From NCBI GenBank assembly GCA_035505375.1, contig DATJQV010000081.1:30596-94595 (forward strand): 64,000 nt of DNA, read 5' to 3'. Source of the stretch: a bacterium (GTDB lineage: Bacteria; Hydrothermota; Tepidihabitantia; Tepidihabitantales; Tepidihabitantaceae). Position numbers and translations under genes: made by a program. Below, in pieces: positions 49,196 to 58,940 of the stretch (its first letter is position 1; each line of letters opens with the position of its first letter). The notes beneath the pieces were generated by a model. The model had not been told where the DNA came from. It saw only the letters and a program-made list of their open reading frames with translations, and searched no databases.

Positions 49196-51604
49196 GTGAA
49201 CGTCCGTCCCGCCCGTGGTCCGTACAACCGAAGCGCCCTTGCCCACAACCGGGCCGCGTGCCCCATGGCCGTGCTGTTGGCCATTTGCTGCTGTCTGTCG
49301 GCGGCCAGCGGACAATCCGTGGAAACCACCATCTACCTACCCGGAATGGTAAACCCGGGGTGCCTGGCGTACGACTCGGCCAACAACACCATCTATGTCG
49401 GCGGCGATGGCACCTGTGTGCTCGCGATTGATGGGGCTACGAACCAGAAGATTGCCTGGATCCCAGCCGGGTCGAATGTGGGGGCCATCTGCTACAACCC
49501 GACGAACAACAGGGTCTACTGCGCGAACTGCTGGGACTCCACGGTGACGGTGATAGACGGCGCGACCAACGGGGTCATCGCCACCGTGATAACAGGCAGC
49601 AACCCTCTTGCCCTCTGTTACAACCCGGCCAACAACAAGATCTACTGCGCGAACAACGGGAGCAACAACGTGACCGTGATTGACGGCGCGACCAACGGTG
49701 TCGTCGCGACCGTGCCCGCAGGCAACACGCCTTGGGCTATCTGCTACAATCCTCAGAACAACAGAGTCTACTGCGCGAACTCCGATTTCCTTGGCAACGT
49801 TACAGTAATTGACGGCGCGACTAATGGGGTCGTCGCGACCGTGGCCACAGGCAGCTTTCCTCAGGCCCTCTGTTACAACCCGACCAACAACAGGGTCTAC
49901 AGCGCGAACATGGGGAGCGACAACGTGACCGTGATTGACGGGGCGACCAACGGCGTTATCGCTACCGTGGCCTCAGGCCGTTTCCCAGGGGCATTCTGCT
50001 ACAACCCGACCAACAACAAGGTCTACTGCGTGAATAGGGGAGGCGTAAGCGTGACCGTGATTGACGGCGCGACCGACAGCGTCATCGCGACCACGGGCGC
50101 AGGCAGCGGACCGAACGCCCTCTGCTACGACGCGACCAACAACAATGTCTACTGCGCGAACTTGGGCGACACCACTGTGACCGTGATTGACGGTGTGACT
50201 AACGGGGTCATCGCGACCGTGGCCGCAGGCAACGGACCGTACGCCCTCTGCTACAACCCAACCAACTACAAGGTCTACAGCGCGAATCGGTACGGCAACA
50301 ACGTGACCGTGATTGACGGGGCGACCAACGGCGTTATCACGACCGTGGCCGCAGGCCGCTTCCCTCGGGCACTCTGCTACAACCCGACCGACAATAGGGT
50401 CTACTGCGCGAACGATAGCAGCGCCAACGTGACCGTGATTGACGGCGCTGCCGACAGCATCATCACCACCGTTACTGCAGGTAGCAACCCTCATGCCCTC
50501 TGCCATAACCCGGCCAACAACAAGGTCTACTCCGCGAACAAGGGCAGCAGCAACGTGACCGTGATTGACGGCGCGACCAACGCGGTCATCGCCACCGTGA
50601 TAACAGGTAGCAACCCTCTTGCCCTCTGTTACAACTCGGCCAACGACAAGGTCTACTGCGCGAACGAGGGCAGCGACAACGTGACCGTGATTGACGGTGC
50701 GACGAACGGGGTCATTGTCACAGTGACTGCAGGTAGCAACCCTCTTGCCCTCTGCTACAATCCGGCCAACAACAAGGTCTACTGCGCGAACGAGGGCAGC
50801 GGCGGCGTGACCGTGATTGACGGCGCGACCAACGGGGTCATTGCCAACGTGATGACAGGTAGCAACCCTCTTGCCCTCTGCTACAACCCGACCGACAACA
50901 AGGTCTACTGCGCGAACGGTGGCAGCGGCAACGTAGCCGTGATTGACGGCGCGGCCAACACGGTCATCGCGACCGTGGCCGCAGGCACTAACCCTTGCGC
51001 TCTCGGCTACAATCCGACCAACAACAAGGTATACTGCGCCAACGATAGTAGTGGCAACGTGACCGTGATAGACGGCGCGACAAATGCGGTCGTCGCCACC
51101 GTGATAACAGGTAGCAACCCTCTTGCTCTCTGCTACAACCCGACCATCAACAAGGTCTACTGCGCGAACGGTGGCAGCAACGGCGTGACCGTGATAGACG
51201 GCGCGACCGACGGCGTTGGCGTGACCATCGGGGTCGGCGGGTACCCGATTGATCTAGCCTGGAACCCGGCCCAGAGCCGGATGTATGTCGCGAACTACTA
51301 TGGCTCCACCATCTCAGTCTTGCGCAATTCGCACCCGGGAATCGAGGAGAGCCCCAAGCCGCAGGTCGCATGCTCCAAGCCGTTGCCGACCGTCATCCGC
51401 GGCGTGCTGCTCCTGCCGAAAGCCACAAGCCGCAAGCCGCACGCTGCAAGCTTGCTCGACATCAGCGGCAGGAAGGTGATGGACCTGCGGCCGGGCCCGA
51501 ATGATGTGCGGGCGCTGGCGCCGGGCGTGTACTTCGTGAGGACAGCCCAAACCCAGACTCAAGTCCAAGCCCAAGCCATCCGCAAGGTCGTCCTGACGCG
51601 CTAG
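49196..51604 (+). CDS. Secreted YVTN-family beta-propeller repeat protein (about 15 units) with T9SS-type C-terminal domain
   Basis: AAAGGAGG lies 5 nt before the GTG at 49196. Signal ...MAVLLAICCCLSAASGQ. Units of GSNPLALCYNPANNKVYCAN.GS.NVTVIDGATNGVIATV. C-terminus ...LLDISGRKVMDLRPGPNDVRALAPGVYFVRT...IRKVVLTR. Confidence 0.85.
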   Translation: MNVRPARGPYNRSALAHNRAACPMAVLLAICCCLSAASGQSVETTIYLPGMVNPGCLAYDSANNTIYVGGDGTCVLAIDGATNQKIAWIPAGSNVGAICYNPTNNRVYCANCWDSTVTVIDGATNGVIATVITGSNPLALCYNPANNKIYCANNGSNNVTVIDGATNGVVATVPAGNTPWAICYNPQNNRVYCANSDFLGNVTVIDGATNGVVATVATGSFPQALCYNPTNNRVYSANMGSDNVTVIDGATNGVIATVASGRFPGAFCYNPTNNKVYCVNRGGVSVTVIDGATDSVIATTGAGSGPNALCYDATNNNVYCANLGDTTVTVIDGVTNGVIATVAAGNGPYALCYNPTNYKVYSANRYGNNVTVIDGATNGVITTVAAGRFPRALCYNPTDNRVYCANDSSANVTVIDGAADSIITTVTAGSNPHALCHNPANNKVYSANKGSSNVTVIDGATNAVIATVITGSNPLALCYNSANDKVYCANEGSDNVTVIDGATNGVIVTVTAGSNPLALCYNPANNKVYCANEGSGGVTVIDGATNGVIANVMTGSNPLALCYNPTDNKVYCANGGSGNVAVIDGAANTVIATVAAGTNPCALGYNPTNNKVYCANDSSGNVTVIDGATNAVVATVITGSNPLALCYNPTINKVYCANGGSNGVTVIDGATDGVGVTIGVGGYPIDLAWNPAQSRMYVANYYGSTISVLRNSHPGIEESPKPQVACSKPLPTVIRGVLLLPKATSRKPHAASLLDISGRKVMDLRPGPNDVRALAPGVYFVRTAQTQTQVQAQAIRKVVLTR

Positions 51605-51635
51605 CAGACAAGGCTCGAATCGCCGCAGTAGACCC

Positions 51636-52112
51636 TTCTAAATGGGGACGCTACCCATTTTCCGTTCATCTGTAGCTAAGTTATTAAAACACGACGCTTT
51701 AAGCCGCAATATTGGCTGAAAAGATCACGTCGGGAATCGCCCTGGGGACCGTTCCGGGAACGGTTCGGGGGGTGGTTCGGAACGTGACTCTCAAGGGAAC
51801 CTGGATGGCGATTCTCGGCCCGGTTTGCGGGGTCACGTACGCCGCGGTTCGCACTCCGATTCCGGAGCTGATTCTCAGGAGCGGTTCCAGGGCGACCTGA
51901 ACGGTGATTCGCCGTTTGAGTCTCACCGCAACTGCCGCGGCGATTCCGACGGCGGTCTGCGGAGTGGTTTGGACCGCGGTTTCCGTCGCGACTCCCAGCA
52001 TGACTTCAGAGCTCACGAGGCACATTGGTTCTGTCTCCCGCAAGGACACAAAGGGGTCGGGGACGGAAATCGACTCTCTCCGCTCGGTGCGCTTGGTGTC
52101 GTTCTGGTTCAA
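51636..52112 (-). repeat. 12-nt phased degenerate array B (34 units, 51705-52112) with AT-richer flank (51636-51704); inverted homolog of array A
   Basis: Plus-strand units in register from 51705: cgcaatattggc tgaaaagatcac gtcgggaatcgc cctggggaccgt tccgggaacggt .... Clear homology to the reverse complement of 2128-2431 up to about 51995, with an extra 60 nt (5 units). It is coextensive with track ORF 51699..52112(-), which ends at the same TAA as the array-A ORF. Confidence 0.85.
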
Positions 52113-52244
52113 AATCGGATTCAGTGAAACCGGCTGCGGTTTGACTTCTTCACGGCCCTGTCATATCATTAAAATACCGGAGCAGCCGAAGTCGTGGCTG
52201 CCCCGAAGTCTCATAAGCAGATATCATTGCCCGGAGGCAAACAA

Positions 52245-54959
52245 ATGCGTCAGAGAGTACTTTTCGTCGTAGTCGCCGCGGTAGCGATGACTTTCGCATG
52301 GCCGGACTACAATCGCCCGGTCGTCAGGAGCAAGGACATCGCCGACCATGTGGCCGGCCAGGTTATCATCCAGCTCAGCCAGTCCCAGCGTGGCCTGGTC
52401 AGACTGACCAAGTCCGCCGGCGTCGCGCTCTTCGGCATCCCGGCGCTCGATGAATTGAGCCGCAAGTGGCACGTCGATGATGCCGAGCCGCTGTTGGTAA
52501 GTCTCCACCCGACCGACATCCAGCGGAAATACGGCCTCGACCTTCAGTACATTGTCCAGTTCGGCGCCAACCAGGATATCGCACCGGTGATGGCGGACTA
52601 CAAAGCTCTGGCCGAGGTCGAGCTTGCCTGTCCGAACAACGTCAGGCATTTCTGTGACGCTCCCAATGACCCGAACTACGCGAGCCAGTGGCACCTGCAG
52701 AAGATCGGTGCGCCATGGGCCTGGACCATCGCCAAAGGCGAAACGACCGTGCTGAACGCGCCGCTCGACAACGGCGTCGATCTCGACCACCCGGACATCA
52801 AAGCCAACCTCTGGATCAACGATTCCGAAGACATCAACCACAACCACCAGTTCGACACCCTCTGGTCCCCGGACGGCGACCTTGACGGCGTTGACCAGGA
52901 TGCCGACAACTTCTTCGACGATGTGGTCGGGTACGACTTCATGGGCGGCGACCCGATACCGCAGTGCGATTCCGGCGACGACCACGGCACCCACTGCTGG
53001 GGCATTTCCAATGCCGTGACCAACAACGGTATCGGTGTGGCCGGCGCCGCCTGGAACAGCCGCACGATCGCCGTGCGCTGCGGCCACGGCACCGGCGTCT
53101 ACACGGCCCCCGTCATCCAGGCCTTGAGCTACCTGACGCAACACAACATCTGGGCCGTATCGATGAGCTTCGGAGACACAGGGGCCGGGGCCTATAATGC
53201 GGCGGAGTCAGTCGCCTGTCAGGCTGCCTGGGACGCCGGCGCGGTCCTGTTCGGTGCCGCGGGCAACGACTACGCACGCGTAAAGGGCTACCCGGCCTGC
53301 TATCCGCACGTCGAGAACGTGGCGGCGTCCGACCAGTCCGACAAGAAGACGGACTTCTCCAACTATGGCCCGTGGGTTGACATCACGGCCCCGGGCCTGA
53401 ACATCTATTCGACCGTGCCCAGACTCGAGGGCAGCTACGCCCTGATGAGCGGCACGTCCATGGCCACGCCGCTCGTCGCCGGCGTCGCCTCCTGGATGAA
53501 GTCATGGAACCCGTCTCTGACCAACCAGCAGGCACTGGACATGATGCACGTCGCCTGCGACACGATGCCGGACTCGCTCTTCCGCGCCGGCGAGCTCGGG
53601 GCCGGCCGCGTGAGTATGGCCAACCTCGTCCTGCCGATCTACTGGTGCGACCTGAAGCTCACATCGTGGCGGTTCAACGATGCCTCGGGCAACAACAACG
53701 GCCGGCCGGACCCGGGCGAGACCGTTTCGCTCATCGTCACCTACCACAATACCACCGGCTACCGTACCGCCACCGGCGTTTTCGCCACACTCGCCTGTTC
53801 CGATACCAACGTCAAGATCACCAGGGACACGGCCCGGTTCGTTGATATCCCCGGCGGCGACAGCGCCAACTGCTCGACCGATTCCTTTGTCATTACCGTG
53901 CCGGCCTCGGTTCCTCCGCAGAAACTCGGCTTCTACGTGACCGCGCACGCCACCCCGAACCCGACCTATCCTCTGACTATTTTCACCGTCAAGTGCGGCG
54001 AGCCGCACGTGCTCATCGTCGACGACGACAAGGGCGCAGGCTACCAGTCGTACTACACTGGCGCCTGCGACTCCAACTTCGTGCTCTACGACACCTTTTC
54101 GGTCCTGAATTCGGGCTCGCCCACGGCCGAAACGCTGAAGCACTATCCGGTCGTGGTCTGGTTCTGCGGTAACGATTCGACCAGCACCCTCACGTCAACC
54201 GACGAGGCAAACCTGAAGAGCTATCTGGACAACGGCGGCAACCTGCTCCTCGCCGGCCAGAACATCGCGCAGGACGTCGCCGGCGACTCCTTCCTCACCA
54301 ACTACCTCCATGCCCAATTCGTGACTCCCGCGACCGGCCAGGTCTACGTGATCGGCAAAGCGGGTGACCCGATTACCAGCCACGGCCCGAGCGCTCAGGA
54401 CACAATGGTGCTCGGCGGAGGCGGCGGAGCGAACAACTCCACGTCGGCCGACGGCATCCGGCCGCTCGGCGGAGCCGTCGGTTGCGGCACCTACAAGGGC
54501 TACTCGGACACAACGGTTCAAGCCGTCATCCGCTACTCCGGTTCGTACAAGGTGGTCCTCTTCTCCTGCGCGTTCGAAGCGATAGACCACCAGGTGTCGC
54601 GCTACCTGCAGAAATGGACTCTCATGCGGCGGATACTCCTCTACTTCGGTGAGGGAATCCCGCCGGCCGTAGCGCAGCAAACACGGCAACCCGAGGTCAA
54701 GCCTTATGTTCTGAAGGTCAGCCCGAGCCCAACGCGCGGCAGGGCAACGGTCGAGTTCATCGCGCCGATCTCGGGTCTGATCGAGCTCAAGACCTTCGCG
54801 ACCAACGGGCGACTGGTCCAAAGCCAGACTCGTAATGCCACCATGGGCCAGCGCCTGAGCTTCACGCTCGACGGCGCGAAGCTGCCAACCGGCACGTACC
54901 TTGTTCAGGTGAAGACGCCGGCCGGTCTCTACGCCCAGAAGATCGCGGTGCTGAAGTAA
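52245..54959 (+). CDS. Secreted subtilisin-like S8 peptidase with T9SS/FlgD-like C-terminal domain
   Basis: GGAGG lies 7 nt before the ATG at 52245. Signal MRQRVLFVVVAAVAMTFA. VDLDHPDI, HGTHCWGISNA, SGTSMATPLVAGV. C-terminus ...IELKTFATNGRLVQSQ...GTYLVQVKTPAGLYAQKIAVLK. Confidence 0.9.
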   Translation: MRQRVLFVVVAAVAMTFAWPDYNRPVVRSKDIADHVAGQVIIQLSQSQRGLVRLTKSAGVALFGIPALDELSRKWHVDDAEPLLVSLHPTDIQRKYGLDLQYIVQFGANQDIAPVMADYKALAEVELACPNNVRHFCDAPNDPNYASQWHLQKIGAPWAWTIAKGETTVLNAPLDNGVDLDHPDIKANLWINDSEDINHNHQFDTLWSPDGDLDGVDQDADNFFDDVVGYDFMGGDPIPQCDSGDDHGTHCWGISNAVTNNGIGVAGAAWNSRTIAVRCGHGTGVYTAPVIQALSYLTQHNIWAVSMSFGDTGAGAYNAAESVACQAAWDAGAVLFGAAGNDYARVKGYPACYPHVENVAASDQSDKKTDFSNYGPWVDITAPGLNIYSTVPRLEGSYALMSGTSMATPLVAGVASWMKSWNPSLTNQQALDMMHVACDTMPDSLFRAGELGAGRVSMANLVLPIYWCDLKLTSWRFNDASGNNNGRPDPGETVSLIVTYHNTTGYRTATGVFATLACSDTNVKITRDTARFVDIPGGDSANCSTDSFVITVPASVPPQKLGFYVTAHATPNPTYPLTIFTVKCGEPHVLIVDDDKGAGYQSYYTGACDSNFVLYDTFSVLNSGSPTAETLKHYPVVVWFCGNDSTSTLTSTDEANLKSYLDNGGNLLLAGQNIAQDVAGDSFLTNYLHAQFVTPATGQVYVIGKAGDPITSHGPSAQDTMVLGGGGGANNSTSADGIRPLGGAVGCGTYKGYSDTTVQAVIRYSGSYKVVLFSCAFEAIDHQVSRYLQKWTLMRRILLYFGEGIPPAVAQQTRQPEVKPYVLKVSPSPTRGRATVEFIAPISGLIELKTFATNGRLVQSQTRNATMGQRLSFTLDGAKLPTGTYLVQVKTPAGLYAQKIAVLK

Positions 54960-54979
54960 CCGAGAACGGACAATACTGC

Positions 54980-55013
54980 GAGGGGCGGCCTTCCGGCCGC
55001 CCCTCACTTTGTG
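54980..55013 (+). terminator. Rho-independent terminator (between convergent genes)
   Basis: gaggggcggcc (54980-54990), loop ttcc, ggccgcccctc (54995-55005): an 11-bp stem followed by actttgtg. Confidence 0.7.
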
Positions 55014-55094
55014 AGCCGTTCGTTCGCCGTGTAGGAAAGTGCTCAGCCGGCTGTGAGCCGCCGGCCGTCGGCCTGCGCCGCGCCGCCTCGACGC

Positions 55095-56099
55095 CTAGTA
55101 CCCGACGAATGTGACCGAGTTGTCATCGCGATTGGCGACGTAGACACCGGAACCGTCAGGCAGGCTGGCCGCGTCGTAAGGCGTGCTGCCGACGCCCACT
55201 GTCGCGACGACCGAATCATCCGATGTCCGGATGATGTCCACGCAATCGGCGTCCCGGTTTGTAACGTAGACGTAGCGCCCGTTGGGCAAAGCGGCGAGGC
55301 CGCACGGACGCCCGTCGGACACGACGATGCTGTCCACCACAGTATTGTCCGACGTGCGTATCACCATGACCGGCGCGTAGTCGTACCGGCTTAGGTAGAC
55401 ATAGTCGCCGGTCGGCAGAACCGCCAGCCGGTGAGGGGCGCTGCCGACGCCTATCTTCCCGACAACCGTGTTGTCCGCGGTCCGGATGACGTACACGGAG
55501 TCAGAATACGTGCAGGCCACGTAGACGAACCGGCTGTTGGGCAGGGCGACGAGGCCGCGTGGTTCTGTGCCGACCGGGATGTTGGCGATGACTGACAAGT
55601 CCGAGGCACGGATGACCGCCACCTTGTTGGTCGGGTCGTCCAACGACACATAGATGGACGCGCCGTTCGGCAGGCAGGCGATGCCGTGCGGCACACCGAT
55701 GAGGTCGACGCTGTCCACAATGGCATTGTCGGAAGTGCGAATCGAATACAGACGGCGCGGCGCGCTGGAGTCGACGTCGTCGAAGCTCCCGACGTAGACG
55801 TACTTGCCGTTGGGGCTGCAACCGATGTGCGTGGGGCAGTTCCCCAGGCGCAGCGTATCCGCAACCACGCTGTCCGAGGTCCGTATGACATAGACGGCAT
55901 CATCCCAACCGCCCGTCACGTATACCCGTCCGGTGTTGGATGGGCAAACGAGATTCTGGGGGTGGCCGTCCGTCGTCGGAATTGTTGCGCGGACCGTATC
56001 CGGATACCTGTTGCTGGGCGCGGTCGAACGGCAGCCGACAAACGCCGCGGGGCCTGTCAGTGCCAACACTGCCAGCACGAACCAGGGACCGGTTCGCAC
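55095..56099 (-). CDS. YVTN-family beta-propeller lipoprotein
   Basis: 334 aa. MRTGPWFVLAVLALTGPAAFVGC. Repeats of ..YVYV(A/S)....D.V.VIRTSDN.VV..I.VG..P.G.A.LP.G. Confidence 0.8.
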   Translation of the reverse strand: MRTGPWFVLAVLALTGPAAFVGCRSTAPSNRYPDTVRATIPTTDGHPQNLVCPSNTGRVYVTGGWDDAVYVIRTSDSVVADTLRLGNCPTHIGCSPNGKYVYVGSFDDVDSSAPRRLYSIRTSDNAIVDSVDLIGVPHGIACLPNGASIYVSLDDPTNKVAVIRASDLSVIANIPVGTEPRGLVALPNSRFVYVACTYSDSVYVIRTADNTVVGKIGVGSAPHRLAVLPTGDYVYLSRYDYAPVMVIRTSDNTVVDSIVVSDGRPCGLAALPNGRYVYVTNRDADCVDIIRTSDDSVVATVGVGSTPYDAASLPDGSGVYVANRDDNSVTFVGY

Positions 56100-56422
56100 C
56101 TCAACTCCTCATCGTGGCAAGGTGCACATCATTGACTCCGCCGTCAACTGATAGTGCGACCATGCTCTTGACTGCACCGGCCACGGCCTGATTCTAGGAC
56201 TCGCGGGCGGGATGTCAATCAGGAAGAGGAACCAGGGGTCGGGAATTGCTGGTCTTGGAGCAAGGGCTGGCCGTCGCCGCTGGCCGGTTTCGATTCCGGC
56301 AACTGACCCATCGCGGCCTCGGTATCCCACGCTTCGACGGCATCTTATGTCAAGACCGGACTGCAGACTGCCTGCCCCTTCCAACGCAGTAGTATATGAT
56401 ATCAAACCCAAGGAGGAGTCAG

Positions 56423-58237
56423 ATGCGTAACTTGCTGTGCTTGGTTCTGATCGCACCCTTGCTGGCGCTGGCCGCAGGCAAGACCCAACTGTCGCCGACG
56501 ACGGATGTCGTGCGGGTGCCGACCTTTCTCGGTGGAAACCTGACGCCGGCGTCTCCGGCGCAGGTTGTCCACGGCGGGGCGCACGTCCCCGCGCGGGCTC
56601 TCGTCGGCACCATTGACACCATCGGTGGCACGACCTTTGACTGGTGGGCCAATGGTCCGATCTGGAGAATGATCGTGAACTCGCCGGGACACGGAGTGCA
56701 CGTGACCTGGATGTACTGCAACGACGACACCGGCCAGACCTTCCCGAGCCGGCGCATGTACTACAACTTCTACGATTACTCCGTCCATGCCTGGAACTGG
56801 CTTGGCCAGGACTTCATGGCTGACGACGGCATCCCGGTGTTCCCGGCCAGTCTTCGCACGGGCTACGGCAATATAGCCGCCGATTCGTCCGGGGCGGCAG
56901 TTGTCAGTTGCCATCGTAGGGCTCTCGATACCCACTTGAGCCCACGGGTCGCCAGGGACGCGGGCTCGGGTCTCGGTATCTTCAGCTACTGCGACTCCGT
57001 GGTCTTCGGCTCGAACATCGGGTGGCCGCCGCTTGACGTAGGCGGCACCGACCTCGGAACCGTCCACATCTTCCCAATCGAAAGCACGTACGTGTTGGAG
57101 TACAGCCACTCCCACCTGTCTGATAGCTGGCCGCATTTTTCCGCTCCGGTGTTTGGCTTTGACCCCAATCCCGGCTTCCCGACCCAGAACATCGCGGCCT
57201 CGAAAGTATCGAACAAGGTCGCACTAACCTGGGTTATCGAGCTAGGTGTGGGGTCAGGACCCCAGGACGGCTATGTCGACTTCAGCACTGATGGCGGCAA
57301 GACCTGGGGCGGCCCGACCAAGATAGATACCCCCTCTGCCTATGCCGCCGACTCGGCGAGGACGAGCTTCGATATCACGTCGATCTTCCCGTACTATGAC
57401 CGGCATGACCGGTTCCACATAGTGGCCGACCTCCTGCCGTGCCCCGCTACCGACACAATTCACGTAATCCCGGCGGAGATATGGCACTACTGCCCGGACA
57501 ATACCCCGCACTGGAGCCTGATCAGCGTCGCGACCACCAGCACGTGGCCTACCGGCGTCACTATGGGCTACAACGCCGCGATGGCCTGCCGCCCCAGCAT
57601 CGGCGAGGATAGTCACGGCAACCTGTTCGTTACGTGGGAGCAGTTCGACTCGCTGAACTACGAGCCGACAACCAATCGCATGCGCGCCGACATCTTCGCA
57701 TCGGCCTCAAGCGACAACGGCCTCACCTGGGCGCCGGCGGCCAAGCTGACCGATGCCGGTTCGTACTCGATGCGATTTCCGTCGGTCATCGACTACGCGA
57801 TCAAGGGCGACGCGAATTCGGATACCATGGCGGTCATCTATGAGGAAGACTCCATCGCCGGCTTCTACGTGGCGGCTTCCGGGTCGACAGCCGAAGGCGC
57901 GGCGTCGCACAACCCGGTCGTGGTCCAAAAGATTCCTGTATTCGGGGGAATCGCTGAGCAACCGAGTGTAGCGCCGGTAAGGCTCGATGCGGCCGCAAAG
58001 CCGAACCCGTTCGAAATCCGGACGCGGATATCCTATTCGCTACCACGAACAGGAGACGTGTCGCTGGTCGTCTACGACGTGGCCGGGCGTCCGGTCCAGA
58101 CTCTGGCTTCAGGACACCGCCAAGCCGGCCGCTACACGGCGACGTGGGACGCGAGGAATGTCGCTGCCGGCGTCTACTTCTGCACGCTGACCAACGGCAA
58201 GGCGTCGACCACCAGGAAGCTCATGCTCACACGCTGA
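56423..58237 (+). CDS. Secreted BNR/Asp-box repeat (sialidase-like propeller) protein with T9SS-type C-terminal domain
   Basis: AAGGAGG lies 6 nt before the ATG at 56423. Signal MRNLLCLVLIAPLLALAAG. Asp-boxes FSTDGGKTWG and SSDNGLTWA. C-terminus PNPFEIRTRISYSLPRTGDVSLVVYDVAGRPVQTL...GVYFCTLTNGKASTTRKLMLTR. Confidence 0.7.
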   Translation: MRNLLCLVLIAPLLALAAGKTQLSPTTDVVRVPTFLGGNLTPASPAQVVHGGAHVPARALVGTIDTIGGTTFDWWANGPIWRMIVNSPGHGVHVTWMYCNDDTGQTFPSRRMYYNFYDYSVHAWNWLGQDFMADDGIPVFPASLRTGYGNIAADSSGAAVVSCHRRALDTHLSPRVARDAGSGLGIFSYCDSVVFGSNIGWPPLDVGGTDLGTVHIFPIESTYVLEYSHSHLSDSWPHFSAPVFGFDPNPGFPTQNIAASKVSNKVALTWVIELGVGSGPQDGYVDFSTDGGKTWGGPTKIDTPSAYAADSARTSFDITSIFPYYDRHDRFHIVADLLPCPATDTIHVIPAEIWHYCPDNTPHWSLISVATTSTWPTGVTMGYNAAMACRPSIGEDSHGNLFVTWEQFDSLNYEPTTNRMRADIFASASSDNGLTWAPAAKLTDAGSYSMRFPSVIDYAIKGDANSDTMAVIYEEDSIAGFYVAASGSTAEGAASHNPVVVQKIPVFGGIAEQPSVAPVRLDAAAKPNPFEIRTRISYSLPRTGDVSLVVYDVAGRPVQTLASGHRQAGRYTATWDARNVAAGVYFCTLTNGKASTTRKLMLTR

Positions 58238-58255
58238 GTTCAATTGGCGACCGCG

Positions 58256-58279
58256 GGGCGGGCAGCGATGCCCGCCCCT
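58256..58279. terminator. GC-rich hairpin between convergent genes
   Basis: ggggcgggc-agcgat-gcccgcccc (9-bp stem). No clear U-tract. Confidence 0.45.
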
Positions 58280-58304
58280 CGCTGCCGACCGCTGCTGACC
58301 TTGT

Positions 58305-58940
58305 TCAGTCGCGGATGAAGTTCGTGGACACGGGCTCCTCCCGTTCAGGGAACGGGATACCGGCCTTGCTGCCGGCCCTCTTGCACTTCAGGAACCACGC
58401 CATGTTCCTTCCCAACACGCGCATCGTCTGCAATCCCTCCAGGTCTTTTTTCACATCCTCGGGCGTGAAGCCGTGAACCATGTTCCAGTACCTGGACGAG
58501 ATGACCGGCATCTGCGATATCGTGAAGTACTTGTTCAGTTGGTCGAGCGTCGCTGTCGTTCCCGCCCTTCTGGCCGAGACAACCGCCGCGGCCGGCTTCA
58601 GATAGAAAGGTCGGCTCCGTGAGCGCATCCCGGCGAAGAAGACGCGGTCCATGAAAGACGTGATGGCACCTCCTGCGGCCGCGAAGTGCACGGGCGAACC
58701 GAATACGAACCCGTCGGCGCTTTCCGCCATGTCGAGAAACTCATTGACTCCGTCAGAGATCTTGCAACGCCCGGTCTCCCGGCAGACATAGCAGCCGAGA
58801 CAACCCGAGACAGGCCTGGTCCCAACCTGGAATACCTCGGTCTCGATGCCGTCCGAATTTAGCGCCCGGGCTACTTCTTCCAAGGCAGTGTATGTGCACC
58901 CCTTGGCGTGTGGGCTGCCATTCACGAGCAGTACCTTCAT
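58305..58940 (-). CDS. Flavodoxin-like fold NAD(P)H-dependent FMN reductase / iron-sulfur flavoprotein-like
   Basis: MKVLLVNGSPHAKGCTYTALEEVARAL...CLGCYVCRETGRC...ADGFVFGSPVHFAAAGG.... The start is trimmed to the ATG at 58940. Confidence 0.75.
   Translation of the reverse strand: MKVLLVNGSPHAKGCTYTALEEVARALNSDGIETEVFQVGTRPVSGCLGCYVCRETGRCKISDGVNEFLDMAESADGFVFGSPVHFAAAGGAITSFMDRVFFAGMRSRSRPFYLKPAAAVVSARRAGTTATLDQLNKYFTISQMPVISSRYWNMVHGFTPEDVKKDLEGLQTMRVLGRNMAWFLKCKRAGSKAGIPFPEREEPVSTNFIRD

Noticed and set aside
51636-51665. The conserved aaatggg-N7-cccattt hairpin in the A/B flank as an intrinsic terminator.
   Set aside because: The stem has only 3 G-C pairs, and pairing is interrupted in copy A (aaataggg). 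It is too weak to call. It may still matter as part of the conserved flank.
2128-52112. The inverted array pair as ends of a 49-kb composite transposon or genomic island.
   Set aside because: The enclosed DNA is dominated by core genes (uvrC, rtcB, gmk, coaBC, dnaB, radA, scpA, nadA). No transposase, integrase or target duplication was seen.
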